A stretch of DNA of 53,277 nucleotides, taken from positions 1-53,277 of the IMG/VR virus record IMGVR_UViG_3300025815_002696. One strand, written 5' to 3'. Of the stretch, positions 16,952 to 26,470 are shown piece after piece. The stretch comes from a virus (lineage: Duplodnaviria > Caudoviricetes). The notes under the pieces were generated by a model. It made no database searches. It was not told the origin of the DNA and was given only the letters and a program-made list of their open reading frames with translations. A program made the position numbers and the translations under genes. How positions within the stretch are numbered: the first letter of the stretch is position 1; the number at the start of each line of letters is the position of its first letter.

Positions 16952-19268
16952 CAGACACTTTAGGTTTGAACTGTGTAAGTACTTCCTGTGATTTTCCTGC
17001 TTTGAAGTTCACAACCAGTTTTCCATCTTTTAGACTTACCTCAACCATGCCGCCTGACGTGAGTTCACCAAACAACATCATCTTGGACAACGGTTTCTTG
17101 ATCTCATCATCTATCACACGTTGCAACGGTCTCGCACCAAGTTTGGCGTCAAAGCCCTTGGTCATCAAGAACTCTATGGCGTCATCTGTTGCATTCACTT
17201 CAACATCCTTCTCCATGGTCATTGTGTTGAGTTCTTGCAAGAACTTCTTGACCACAGACTTCATTGTGTCTTTGCCCAGTTTGTCGAATTTGATCACCGC
17301 ATCAAGCCTGTTCCTGAACTCCGGTGGGAAGAACTTCTTCAGTGCCTTGTCGTCTTCGCCCGATCTCTCACTCTTACCAAACCCGATGTTGTTCCTCTCG
17401 TTCTCCTCTGCACCCAAGTTAGATGTCATTATCAGTGTTATGTTCCTGCAGTCTGCTTTCTTACCATTGGATCCAGTAACCGTACCGTAGTCCATCACTT
17501 GTAACAGCATGTTGGACACATCTCTGTGTGCTTTCTCGATCTCGTCAAATAGTACAACTGCGTGTGGATTCTTCTCCACTTCATTGATGAACATACCGCC
17601 ACCCATGTTTGAGTCCTCATAACCAACATAGCCCGGAGGTGATCCAATCAGTTTAGCGATTGAATGTTTCTCTTGGTATTCACTCATGTCGAATCTAATT
17701 AACTCAACACCTAGTGTCTTTGCCAGTTGTTTTGCAGTTTCAGTCTTACCACAACCTGTTGGTCCTAGGAACAGGAACGAGCCAACTGGTTTTGTTAGAC
17801 TCTTGAGGCCTGCTCTTGCAACCAGTATTTTGTCTGTGATTGTGTTAATCGCTTTGTCCTGTCCAAACACCTGCAGTTTCATTTTCTCTTCCAATGTCTT
17901 CAAATTACTTGCCTGTTTTTGTGACAACTGCTCTATGCTGATACCTGTCATAACTGATATCTCATGTATGATCTCCTCATGATCTATCTTGCCGTCCTTG
18001 ATTCCGTTCAGTCTTAATCTTGCACAGGCAACGTCTATCACGTCAATCGCCTTGTCTGGCAGTTTCTTGTCTGCTATAAATTTAGTAGAGTAGTCCACTG
18101 CATCCTCACATGCTTCGTCGGTGATCGTGCAGTTGTGGAACTTCTCGTAGTATTGTTTCACACCTTTGAGTATTTTGACCGCTGTCTCTTTTGAAGGTTC
18201 TCCCACTTGTAATCTTTGGAATCTCCTCATCAATGCTCTGTCTTTTTCGAAATATTTTCTGTATTCTTCCCAAGTTGTGGAAGCAAGTACCTTTATTGAT
18301 CCTTTCAGTAATGCAGGTTTGAGCATGTTCGCCATGTCCATGTTGTTGCCTTGCCCTGTGGCACCGGCACCCACTATCATGTGTGCCTCATCAATGAACA
18401 GTATACTTTTGCCTTTTTGGTCAAGTGCATTTACGATCAGTTTCAATCTCTCCTCGAAGTCACCTCTAAATTTACTTCCCGCTATCAGGCTGTTTACATC
18501 TAGGCTCCATACTATGTGGTCCTTTAGATATTCTGGTACGTCATCCTTGTTCTTTGCGATCCTTCTGGCAAGTCCTTCTACCACTGCTGTCTTACCAACA
18601 CCTGGGTCACCCACTATCAATACATTGTTCTTGTTCCTTCTCGCAAGTATCTGCTTGAGATCTTCGGTTTCTTGTTCTCTGCCTATCACGGGATCTATCT
18701 TCTTGTCAAAATATTTCTGGTTCAAGTTCTCACAGTAACTCTTTAATATCCTGTCCGCTTGATTTGGTCTCAGTTTCTGTTCTGGACCACCCTCACCTGG
18801 GCCTCCCATTGCCGCCATGCCCTCGTCCAGTATTGTCTCTGTGGACACAAGATCGATCAGGTCCTGTTTGTTCACTTGATGTTTCTTTAAGAAGAATGCC
18901 GCGTAACTTTTCTTCTCTGAGAATATGGATATCAGTATGTCAACGGAACTCACATCCTGTCTGCCCTGGAACAGTGCCTGTGTGAACGCCCTGTTCATCA
19001 GTCTCTCCAGTGATGCTGTCTTCCTTGGCGTCATTGGTTCCTTGCCTTTGGCCACGATGTCATTGCACTTGGTGTCGAGGTAATCTTCCACGTCCTTGAT
19101 CAATGCACCCACTTGTACCTTGAAGTCGTGTAGTACAGTGCCAATGTGTTGGTCCTTGATCAGAGACAGCAACACGTGTTCGATCGTGACGTACTCGTGC
19201 CTTCTCTTCTCTGCCTCTTTGACTGCGTTCTCGAATATGTTCTCTAGTCCTTCATTTGCTTCTAACAT
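16932..19268 (-). CDS. clpA: ATP-dependent Clp protease ATP-binding subunit ClpA
   Basis: Clp N-domain (HEYVTIEH); two AAA+ modules (GDPGVGKT/LFIDEAH and GPTGCGKT/LFDEIEKAH); no ClpB middle domain; IGF ClpP-docking loop (NNIGFG). Confidence 0.93.
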   Translation of the reverse strand: MLEANEGLENIFENAVKEAEKRRHEYVTIEHVLLSLIKDQHIGTVLHDFKVQVGALIKDVEDYLDTKCNDIVAKGKEPMTPRKTASLERLMNRAFTQALFQGRQDVSSVDILISIFSEKKSYAAFFLKKHQVNKQDLIDLVSTETILDEGMAAMGGPGEGGPEQKLRPNQADRILKSYCENLNQKYFDKKIDPVIGREQETEDLKQILARRNKNNVLIVGDPGVGKTAVVEGLARRIAKNKDDVPEYLKDHIVWSLDVNSLIAGSKFRGDFEERLKLIVNALDQKGKSILFIDEAHMIVGAGATGQGNNMDMANMLKPALLKGSIKVLASTTWEEYRKYFEKDRALMRRFQRLQVGEPSKETAVKILKGVKQYYEKFHNCTITDEACEDAVDYSTKFIADKKLPDKAIDVIDVACARLRLNGIKDGKIDHEEIIHEISVMTGISIEQLSQKQASNLKTLEEKMKLQVFGQDKAINTITDKILVARAGLKSLTKPVGSFLFLGPTGCGKTETAKQLAKTLGVELIRFDMSEYQEKHSIAKLIGSPPGYVGYEDSNMGGGMFINEVEKNPHAVVLFDEIEKAHRDVSNMLLQVMDYGTVTGSNGKKADCRNITLIMTSNLGAEENERNNIGFGKSERSGEDDKALKKFFPPEFRNRLDAVIKFDKLGKDTMKSVVKKFLQELNTMTMEKDVEVNATDDAIEFLMTKGFDAKLGARPLQRVIDDEIKKPLSKMMLFGELTSGGMVEVSLKDGKLVVNFKAGKSQEVLTQFKPKVSDEKKSQ

Positions 19269-19271
19269 TTC

Positions 19272-19766
19272 CTATCCTTTGTTTGCCATTTGCCATCGTA
19301 ATTTCGATACTCTTTTATTAAACGTAACACCGTCAAGGTGATCGAGTTCATGCTGGAAGCACTTGGACTCCATCCCGTCGAGTTTTGCGAATTCTGTTTT
19401 GCCTTGTGTTGTTTCATATTGTACTTCTATAATCTTAGGTCTCTCCACTTTAACAAATACATTTTTAAAAGAAAGACATCCTTCCACATCGATCACTTTC
19501 TCCTCACTTGCATTTATCACCTGTGGATTCCAAATTATAGCATGTTTTTGGAATGTGTCAAATGAGTCGTGACCTATCGCGAAGAATCTTTTGGTAATGC
19601 CAATCTGGTTGGCCGCAAGACCCATGCCACGTTCGTCCAACATCAATTTGATCATGTCAGATTCAAACTTCTCTTTGTCACCATAGCCTTCTATGCTGTC
19701 TGCTTCCGTCCATGCCGTGCTGGTCTGTAGCAGTGTCTCGTAGGGGTATTGGAACACTTGTATCAT
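19272..19766 (-). CDS. def: Peptide deformylase
   Basis: GMGLAANQ, EGCLS, QHELDHLDG motifs. Confidence 0.95.
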   Translation of the reverse strand: MIQVFQYPYETLLQTSTAWTEADSIEGYGDKEKFESDMIKLMLDERGMGLAANQIGITKRFFAIGHDSFDTFQKHAIIWNPQVINASEEKVIDVEGCLSFKNVFVKVERPKIIEVQYETTQGKTEFAKLDGMESKCFQHELDHLDGVTFNKRVSKLRWQMANKG

Positions 19767-19999
19767 TTCACTATCTCCACGTCCGCTTCGGTCTCTATGA
19801 CCACCCTCGCACCACAGGCCAACAACGGCTTGTCGTTGCCACCGTACACGATCTTGCTTGGTCCTTTGATGTCTACCTCGTGGCAGTAGGTGTTCTTGCT
19901 ACCTTGCTTGATGGTGATCACGGGATCGTTGGTGCCGTGCTTCTTGTTTGCCCTGATCACGTGTTGATTCACGTGTATGTATTTCTTCTTTGTCCTCAT
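19763..19999 (-). CDS. Small hypothetical phage protein
   Basis: 78 aa, IHVNQHVIRAN...PVITIK; ATGA-coupled on both sides. Confidence 0.7.
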   Translation of the reverse strand: MRTKKKYIHVNQHVIRANKKHGTNDPVITIKQGSKNTYCHEVDIKGPSKIVYGGNDKPLLACGARVVIETEADVEIVK

Positions 20000-20874
20000 A
20001 GGTCCTTTATCTTCTTCAAGTCCGCGGCACTCAGTTGCGGTATCAGTATGTGTATCTTCACATAAAGGTTACCACGTATGCCTATTGTTTTATGCACGGG
20101 CATTCCCTGTCCCTTGACCTGTAGTAGGGTATTGGGTTGTGTGCCCGACGGCACTTTAACTTTAATTATTTTGTCTTCAAGTGTCCGGAGATTGAATTCA
20201 TAACCACGCACTGCTTGGAAACAGTCTATGGTCTTGTCCGTGTAGAGATCATTGCCCTTACGGGTGTAACCATCAGAATCCAACACACTCATGATGACCA
20301 TTAGGTCTCCACGTGGTAGGTTCTTGATGCTGTCATCACCCATGCCTGCATACTTAAAGGTTACCCCGTGTTGCACACCCGCTGGAATGTTCACGGTCGC
20401 AAACTCTTCCCTGCCACTAGGCAGTTTGTAGTTGATGGTCTTCTCGCTCTTGGTCATGGCTTCTTTTATGCTTATGGCCATTCTCACCTGTACGTTTCTG
20501 TTTCCTCTTTGTTGTGTTCTATTCTGTCTGAATATCCTTTCTCCACCTGGCCCTCTTGTGAAGTTGAAACTGGTGTTGAAGTCCATGTCCCCACCGTTGC
20601 CGAATCCAGAGAAGAAGTCACCGAATATGTCCTCGTTGAAGAACGGGTGCTGTGCGCCTCCCGTGCCACCGCCACCAAACTTACGCATGGTGTCGTAGTC
20701 GTGTCTCTTCTGTGAGTTCTTCAGTGTGTCGTGTGCTTCGCTGATCTCCTGGAACTTGTCCTTGTCACCGCCCCTGTCCGGGTGATGTTGCTTGGCCAGG
20801 TCCTTGAATGCCTTTGTGATCTCCGCACTGGTGCTTTGCTCATTCACACCTAGCACGTCATAATAATTCTTCAT
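19996..20874 (-). CDS. dnaJ: DnaJ-class (class B/CbpA-like) co-chaperone
   Basis: J domain with HPD, G/F-rich linker, C-terminal substrate domain (GDL, G.GMP); no Zn finger. Confidence 0.9.
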   Translation of the reverse strand: MKNYYDVLGVNEQSTSAEITKAFKDLAKQHHPDRGGDKDKFQEISEAHDTLKNSQKRHDYDTMRKFGGGGTGGAQHPFFNEDIFGDFFSGFGNGGDMDFNTSFNFTRGPGGERIFRQNRTQQRGNRNVQVRMAISIKEAMTKSEKTINYKLPSGREEFATVNIPAGVQHGVTFKYAGMGDDSIKNLPRGDLMVIMSVLDSDGYTRKGNDLYTDKTIDCFQAVRGYEFNLRTLEDKIIKVKVPSGTQPNTLLQVKGQGMPVHKTIGIRGNLYVKIHILIPQLSAADLKKIKDL

Positions 20875-20881
20875 TACTAAT

Positions 20882-20909
20882 ATTTTATACTAGATTGTGC
20901 GTTTGTCAA
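20882..20909 (-). promoter_or_regulatory. Sigma70-like promoter for the dnaJ-def-clpA operon
   Basis: TTGACA-N16-TAAAAT-N7-ATG. Confidence 0.65.
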
Positions 20910-20920
20910 CGCGGTGGTAA

Positions 20921-21262
20921 TTACTTGCTGGATTTCGCCCTTGAGCCAGTGTAGAGTCCGAACCAGGCCGCACCTGCACCAACAACTATTGAAACAAGTC
21001 CTGACTGTTCCATAGTTGGAGCCGCTAGGTCCATGTACCATATCACCACTTTGTAAAGTAGGAATATGTAGGTTGAGATGAAAACCCTAGGGAATATTCT
21101 CCAACTGTCAACTGCTCTCGCTAGATGTATCAGTTTGGCATAAGGATTAGGTCCTAGGTCTTTGACACTGGTATCAACCTCTAACTCAACAGAAACCTTT
21201 TTCTTTGCTGTGTCAGTGCCTGACGGAACAACCAATTTGTCTTCTTTTAATTCTTCAGCCAT
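20921..21262 (-). CDS. Small two-TM membrane protein, holin candidate
   Basis: Two hydrophobic segments after DSWRIFPR; basic C-terminus; near spanins and endolysin. Confidence 0.45.
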   Translation of the reverse strand: MAEELKEDKLVVPSGTDTAKKKVSVELEVDTSVKDLGPNPYAKLIHLARAVDSWRIFPRVFISTYIFLLYKVVIWYMDLAAPTMEQSGLVSIVVGAGAAWFGLYTGSRAKSSK

Positions 21263-21852
21263 TATTTCACACCTTTGATTTTAGCGTCTCTTTTTCTGTG
21301 TCCGTTCCAAGCAACGAAGCCACCGATCCTCAATGACCAGTACGCAAGATAGTTCATAGAGTAGAAACCGTTCACAATGATGTTGATGTCTCTGAAGATC
21401 TCGTCTGCTCTCTTCTGTGTCAACTCACCCATTGTCTTCTTTTTATTTGCTTCTAACAATGTTTTGTATTTGTATGCGTAGTCGTGTACCAGACCACCCA
21501 TCAATAAAACACCGACTGGAGAGAAGAACGTCCTTAGGAACTTGGGAATACTTGCTCCATCAAATTGGAAGCCTGCTGGTATCACATATTCTTTTCCGTC
21601 TATGTTGTACTTCCAGTCATCTGTAAGCACCCAGTTCCTTGTTGATAACAACCACATGGCGATTCCTTTCCAGAATCCTTTGCCTTTGGTCTTGATCGGC
21701 ACTGGTTGTAACTTTGGCATTCCTTTGAAGTTGAATTTTAAGTTTGGTTTTTGTTTTTTGTCAAATACATTGATAATAGCGGCGATGATCACGACTGCTA
21801 TAAGCACAGTCCATTGCCAAAATTTCATTGCTAGTGTTATTAATAGTTCCAT
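21262..21852 (-). CDS. DUF1353-like protein with N-terminal TM segment
   Basis: IPAGFQFDGASIP, LVHDYAY, RADEIF, LRIGG motifs; GAGGAG RBS. Confidence 0.75.
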   Translation of the reverse strand: MELLITLAMKFWQWTVLIAVVIIAAIINVFDKKQKPNLKFNFKGMPKLQPVPIKTKGKGFWKGIAMWLLSTRNWVLTDDWKYNIDGKEYVIPAGFQFDGASIPKFLRTFFSPVGVLLMGGLVHDYAYKYKTLLEANKKKTMGELTQKRADEIFRDINIIVNGFYSMNYLAYWSLRIGGFVAWNGHRKRDAKIKGVK

Positions 21853-21879
21853 TTACTCTCTCCTCGTTTATGTGCGTAT

Positions 21880-22314
21880 TTATTCGATTGCACCTTTGAC
21901 AACACCTGCTTCTACCAGTTTCTTCCTGTTCTTCATGTGTTGTTTCTGCACGTCCTCTTTGGCTCCACCAAAGTACGCCACTGCGTGACCTTCCTTGCAC
22001 ATTATCTGTGATACCTGTTTGCCGTCTATGATGAAGTCTCCCAGCACCCTTCCGAACTTGCCCTTCATGTCTTCACCTTTCTTGCTGATGGTTGTCTGCA
22101 ACACGGGGTTTGGTCCCAGCAGTGATTTAAGTTTTGCCTTCGCCGCCAATCCAAATTTCTTTTCGATCTTGTCTCTGGTCCTTGATTCCGGCGTGTCTAT
22201 GCCCATGATCCTCACACGTTCATTCATCTGCCATATGCCGAAGCCCAGGTCGATGTCCACGTCCACGGTGTCTCCATCTACCACTCTCTTCAATTTAGTT
22301 CTGTACGTCCACAT
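21880..22314 (-). CDS. Thermonuclease (SNase-like) family protein
   Basis: RVVDGDTVDV, VRIMGIDTPE, GKFGRVLG; start re-placed at MWTYR (22314). Confidence 0.85.
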   Translation of the reverse strand: MWTYRTKLKRVVDGDTVDVDIDLGFGIWQMNERVRIMGIDTPESRTRDKIEKKFGLAAKAKLKSLLGPNPVLQTTISKKGEDMKGKFGRVLGDFIIDGKQVSQIMCKEGHAVAYFGGAKEDVQKQHMKNRKKLVEAGVVKGAIE

Positions 22315-22762
22315 CTTTCTTCTCCTCTGTTCCTTCGTAGTATTTCTTGTATTCCTCAAGTAGGTTGTTTGTTTCCTGTAATTTCTGTCTGATCTGTGCG
22401 AAGTTCTTGGCCAGTAATTCGTAGTCCTTGTCCGTCAATCCAAACAGCACGGGATCTATACCCGCCTCTTCCAGTTTCCGGAACACCTCTTCCGCGTTCT
22501 CGCTTGTGATTATTATCCAACGTATGTCCTCCAAGGTCAATGGCATTGGTTCTGGTAGGTTCAATTTCTGTCTGGGCTCCTCCACAGAGAATATCTTGAT
22601 CTTCTTCTCACCACCTATTGAGCAACCAGTGAGTGCCAATATCAGAAGCACTAGGATCATCCCTTTGAAGAAACTCACCCAGTAGGTTCCGTAGTGCGAC
22701 ATCTTCATGGTCTGTCTCCATTTCTCACACCAGTTCTTATGCCAGTCAATAATTTTATTCAT
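22295..22762 (-). CDS. Lipoprotein, o-spanin candidate
   Basis: Hydrophobic stretch plus lipobox LALTGC, Pro-rich segment, coiled-coil end; overlaps the upstream TM/coiled-coil gene. Confidence 0.6.
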   Translation of the reverse strand: MNKIIDWHKNWCEKWRQTMKMSHYGTYWVSFFKGMILVLLILALTGCSIGGEKKIKIFSVEEPRQKLNLPEPMPLTLEDIRWIIITSENAEEVFRKLEEAGIDPVLFGLTDKDYELLAKNFAQIRQKLQETNNLLEEYKKYYEGTEEKKDVDVQN

Positions 22763-23228
22763 AAGGTACGTAATTCGGGTTGGCCAATGATGGACACTCC
22801 GTATTGATCTCCGATTTCCTAGTTGCTTTTAATTCTGCTTCGGTGTGTTTGGCACCTGACGCCAACTCAACGCATCTCTTGGCGTTCACGGAACCTTTGT
22901 TCATGATACGTTCAATGGCCTCCGTCCTGTCTATGGCCAGTTTGCCGAAATCTCTTTTCTTCTTGTTGAAACGTTTATCTAGATCGTCTAGGTCCTTCTT
23001 GAACGTCATGACCAAGGCATTCAATTTCTTGTTGCTTTCCATTATTGCGTTGAAATCTTGTTTCTGTTGTTCAAGCAATTTTGTCTGCGACTCTATGCCC
23101 CGCTCCAATTCTATCTGGTTTGCTTTCAGGGTGGCGTTGTCTGCCCGCAGTTTCATCACATAGACACCCGCACCGGCTATACCAGTGATCAGCATTATGG
23201 CTATCGCCATTTTTATCGTAGAAAACAT
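22755..23228 (-). CDS. N-terminal TM plus coiled-coil protein, i-spanin candidate
   Basis: Start re-placed at MFSTIKMAI (23228; TAAATA 7 nt upstream); single TM, long heptad region, C-terminal Cys pair. Confidence 0.6.
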   Translation of the reverse strand: MFSTIKMAIAIMLITGIAGAGVYVMKLRADNATLKANQIELERGIESQTKLLEQQKQDFNAIMESNKKLNALVMTFKKDLDDLDKRFNKKKRDFGKLAIDRTEAIERIMNKGSVNAKRCVELASGAKHTEAELKATRKSEINTECPSLANPNYVPYE

Positions 23229-23271
23229 ATGGTAATATTTATGGTCATTATATACCACTATAAGTAAATGC

Positions 23272-24147
23272 ATGAATCAGAAAGTTCTGCCTCCGTTAAG
23301 AGGCAAATCATACGGCGGTGCATGGAGCATTCATGACCAAGAATCCACAGATTTTCTAAATTCGATAACTGTAGAAAAAGGCAACAGGAGTGCTTTTGTA
23401 CAAGACTACCGTGATTGGTTCAGCAACAACAAGCATTTCAAGGGATTGGATTCGTACAAACACGTTGATTTCAGTGCGGGCACCACGGAGGCATTTGGCC
23501 AATTCTACTTCAGACATCTTGACAAGCGACTGCGTTTGCTCAAAGGCGAATATTTTTATCATTGGTTGATGGCCAGGAATTATTTTACCAGCAGTGCTGA
23601 GTTGGGCACAGAGCCATTATCTGAAGGTGATGTTGTTGTCATGAGTTGCCCGTTTTCAGGCACAGGCAATCTTCCTCCTGATTTCTATGATACACTATCA
23701 CAGTGTGAGAAGTTGGAAATACCCGTGATGCTCGATCTGGCCTACATCAATATTTCATGCATTAATGATCTAGACCTGGATTTCAAATGCATACAGGAGA
23801 TAACAACATCCTTGAGTAAAGTGTTTCCTGTTGAAAATCACAGGATAGGAATACGTTTGAGAAGAGACTTTTATGATGACAGTCTTTTTGCATACAACGA
23901 GAATGATTATGTGAACTTGTACAGCGTAAACATAGGACACAAACTGATAACCAAATTCAACAACAATTGGTTGTATGACAAGTATGAGACAATGCAAATA
24001 CAAACATGTGACAGTCTCGGCATAGAAAAATCGGACTGTGTGATATTTGGACTGGCCGAGAAAGGCACTTTCGACGAATATCACAGGGGTGGTGAATACA
24101 ATAGACTTTGCTTTTCTAGGAAATGGGATGGTAGGATAGATGAGTAG
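23272..24147 (+). CDS. PLP-dependent transferase-fold protein
   Basis: AGTTEAF, LDLAY and SLSKVF (candidate PLP Lys); TAAGTA 5 nt upstream. Confidence 0.65.
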   Translation: MNQKVLPPLRGKSYGGAWSIHDQESTDFLNSITVEKGNRSAFVQDYRDWFSNNKHFKGLDSYKHVDFSAGTTEAFGQFYFRHLDKRLRLLKGEYFYHWLMARNYFTSSAELGTEPLSEGDVVVMSCPFSGTGNLPPDFYDTLSQCEKLEIPVMLDLAYINISCINDLDLDFKCIQEITTSLSKVFPVENHRIGIRLRRDFYDDSLFAYNENDYVNLYSVNIGHKLITKFNNNWLYDKYETMQIQTCDSLGIEKSDCVIFGLAEKGTFDEYHRGGEYNRLCFSRKWDGRIDE

Positions 24148-24619
24148 AGACTATTCATGGCTGGTTCCAATAAACAACGCAACTGAATTTGTTGACGAAG
24201 GTTACCAATGGTTACTTCACGAAGGCACTCCGCAGGACCAAAACTACAAGGCACACAACACCCTGCACTATCAAGTGTTTGATGTCAGTATTCCATATAT
24301 CAAAGAGTTCGCTGAGAAAAGTTTTACGAAATACGCAATCTCTTTTATAAAACAAATGCCAGGCATGTCAATACCATTACACAAAGACCTCTATCATTTT
24401 TTCAAAACCAAACACCAATTAGAAGATGAAAAGGTTCTCAGGATCAATATTTTCCTAGATGACTGGAAGCCGGGGCACTATTTCGAAGCAGGCGGCAAAC
24501 CATACGTGAATTGGAAACGTGGCGAATACGTTGTGTTAGACAGTGAACTGCCACACAGGAGCGGTAACATGGGAGACGTGCCGAAATACACAGCACAGGT
24601 CACTGGAGTGCGTTCGTAG
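24140..24619 (+). CDS. Cupin/2OG-Fe(II) oxygenase-like (Asp/Asn beta-hydroxylase-like) protein
   Basis: IPLHKD (HxD), WKPGH.FE, PH.SGN, QVTG. Confidence 0.7.
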   Translation: MSRDYSWLVPINNATEFVDEGYQWLLHEGTPQDQNYKAHNTLHYQVFDVSIPYIKEFAEKSFTKYAISFIKQMPGMSIPLHKDLYHFFKTKHQLEDEKVLRINIFLDDWKPGHYFEAGGKPYVNWKRGEYVVLDSELPHRSGNMGDVPKYTAQVTGVRS

Positions 24620-24629
24620 ATTTTTTAAT

Positions 24630-25091
24630 TTATTTGATAAGTCCGTTTTTGTAAACAGTTTTACCATTCTCTTTCATGGCAGTAAGGATAGACTTTCTAT
24701 TACCTTCAGATTTGTATGACACGTGTACCCAACCGGAATCAGGTATGCCTGGTGTGTAGAACTCCAGTATCAACTGATCGAAGTCGCAGTTCTCGGATAT
24801 CCATTTGGCCACATCATAGTTTCCAGTTCCTGGACATTCTATGTCAACTGCCTCACCTTTGCAGTGTTGTGATTTGCTTGAACCACCTACCGCTTCGTTA
24901 AGTGCTGGTCCCCTGTATCCTGAGTTGATCACTGTTACACCAAAGTTGTCTCTGACTTTCTGTACGACATTTTCAAAAAGTGCTTTTGCATTCTCTAGAT
25001 GTTCAGCACCCGGAGTGTTGTCCAGACCTTTCCTGGTTGCTGTCTGGCTTTTTGTGAATTCCGCTAGTGTGAAGTTTGTGCTTAATCTCAT
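24630..25091 (-). CDS. Peptidase M15A (D-Ala-D-Ala carboxypeptidase-like), probable endolysin
   Basis: SGYR, SQHCKGEAVD, WVHVSY Zn motifs; start re-placed at MRLSTNF (25091; TAAATA 5 nt upstream). Confidence 0.85.
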   Translation of the reverse strand: MRLSTNFTLAEFTKSQTATRKGLDNTPGAEHLENAKALFENVVQKVRDNFGVTVINSGYRGPALNEAVGGSSKSQHCKGEAVDIECPGTGNYDVAKWISENCDFDQLILEFYTPGIPDSGWVHVSYKSEGNRKSILTAMKENGKTVYKNGLIK

Positions 25092-25125
25092 ACACTTATT
25101 TATCAATAAGTGCGTATATTAAATA

Positions 25126-25869
25126 TTACCAACCCGACTTGCTCATTAGAGCGGATTGGCCGTCCTTGCTGAAGATGAATTGATCTTCGGTGGTCTTGGT
25201 GATCTGATATGGACCAAAGTATTTGGTCAAGTACATGCACTCGCTCATGGCCGACTCGTCAAGTTTGAATGCTTTTACTTCGTTCATGATCATGTTGGTT
25301 GATCCGAATGCGTGTAGTTCAAATTTCAGTGTCTCATGGCTACCCTGCTTCTTGATGGACACTATGTTGTTGTCCAGTTTGAATTCCATCATCTGGAACT
25401 TGTCAAAGAAGGTCTGTGTCTCTTCCAACTTCATGCCATTGATCTTCTGTGCGTATGCTTCGGGTGTCCTGGGCAATATTTTTGCCAAGTTGGCCGCAGA
25501 TGCCTCGAATGGTGTGACGTTCTTGTGGTAAGTGAATTCAAACGTTTCGATGTTTGTCAGTTTTTTGAGATCGTCTAGGAACTTCCTTACGTGTTGGTCT
25601 ACCGCTTCCACTCTAGCGAACTCGACGAAGACCCTGTGTTTGCCATCTTCTAACGTTCCCGGTGTGGCGTCCGCGTCCAACACTTCCTTGTATCCGGTTT
25701 CTGCGAAACGTTCCAGGTCCTTGGCTGGTGCCATGCCATCCACAGTGAATGCCAGCACCATGATGTTCCTGTCCTCGCCCATCTTGGATTTGAATTGGTC
25801 CACAGAGAATCGTTTGGAAATGACTCCGTCCAGGTCTCCGGCCTTCAATCCTTCATTAACTAATGTCAT
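25126..25869 (-). CDS. Hypothetical phage protein
   Basis: 247 aa, MTLVNEGL start; coupled to the upstream gene. Confidence 0.75.
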   Translation of the reverse strand: MTLVNEGLKAGDLDGVISKRFSVDQFKSKMGEDRNIMVLAFTVDGMAPAKDLERFAETGYKEVLDADATPGTLEDGKHRVFVEFARVEAVDQHVRKFLDDLKKLTNIETFEFTYHKNVTPFEASAANLAKILPRTPEAYAQKINGMKLEETQTFFDKFQMMEFKLDNNIVSIKKQGSHETLKFELHAFGSTNMIMNEVKAFKLDESAMSECMYLTKYFGPYQITKTTEDQFIFSKDGQSALMSKSGW

Positions 25870-26338
25870 CTAAACTACTTAAATCTCCAGAAGCCTGTGC
25901 TTGTTCGTCTTGGCTCTCGATCTCATCCTTGCCGTGTTTGAAATTACCAATCAAAGCCTTTGGCATCCTGATCTCCACAACCCATATGTCATGGGCGTCT
26001 ATCTTGCCTTTTGTTGTGCCTGGCCTGTAGTCTTCTGGACCCTTGATCTTCCTTGGCTTCATCAATTCGTCTCGTTTGTAGGTCACCTTGCAACCCCGGT
26101 CAAGCAATCTCTTGCCTCCCGCAGGATCTGGCATCTTGTCCGCTGGCCACATGAATGAACATGTGACGAAGTGTCTTGAATCCACAGGACCTGAAAGCAA
26201 TTCTCCGTCCTCCCAGTTCTGGAACACGTACACGTCTAGCTCGTCCACCACCCTCTCGAAGTCCTTGAGTATGCTCAAAGTGGGTCCTACGGCGTATAAC
26301 GATTGTACGTTTTTGATTATGTCTAAGACGTCATGCAT
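25856..26338 (-). CDS. Hypothetical phage protein
   Basis: 160 aa, DFERVVDELDVYVFQNW...MPDPAGG; TAAATA 6 nt upstream. Confidence 0.75.
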   Translation of the reverse strand: MHDVLDIIKNVQSLYAVGPTLSILKDFERVVDELDVYVFQNWEDGELLSGPVDSRHFVTCSFMWPADKMPDPAGGKRLLDRGCKVTYKRDELMKPRKIKGPEDYRPGTTKGKIDAHDIWVVEIRMPKALIGNFKHGKDEIESQDEQAQASGDLSSLDDIS

Positions 26339-26470
26339 AGTGCTTATTTATCCTTAATATCTCGGTTGTAAAATATGCATACTTAATCTGGAAATTTGCG
26401 AGTAAGTATTTGTACATGAGTCCACAAAGACACATCAAATCACAATCAACCACAACCTACGAGGAACCTT

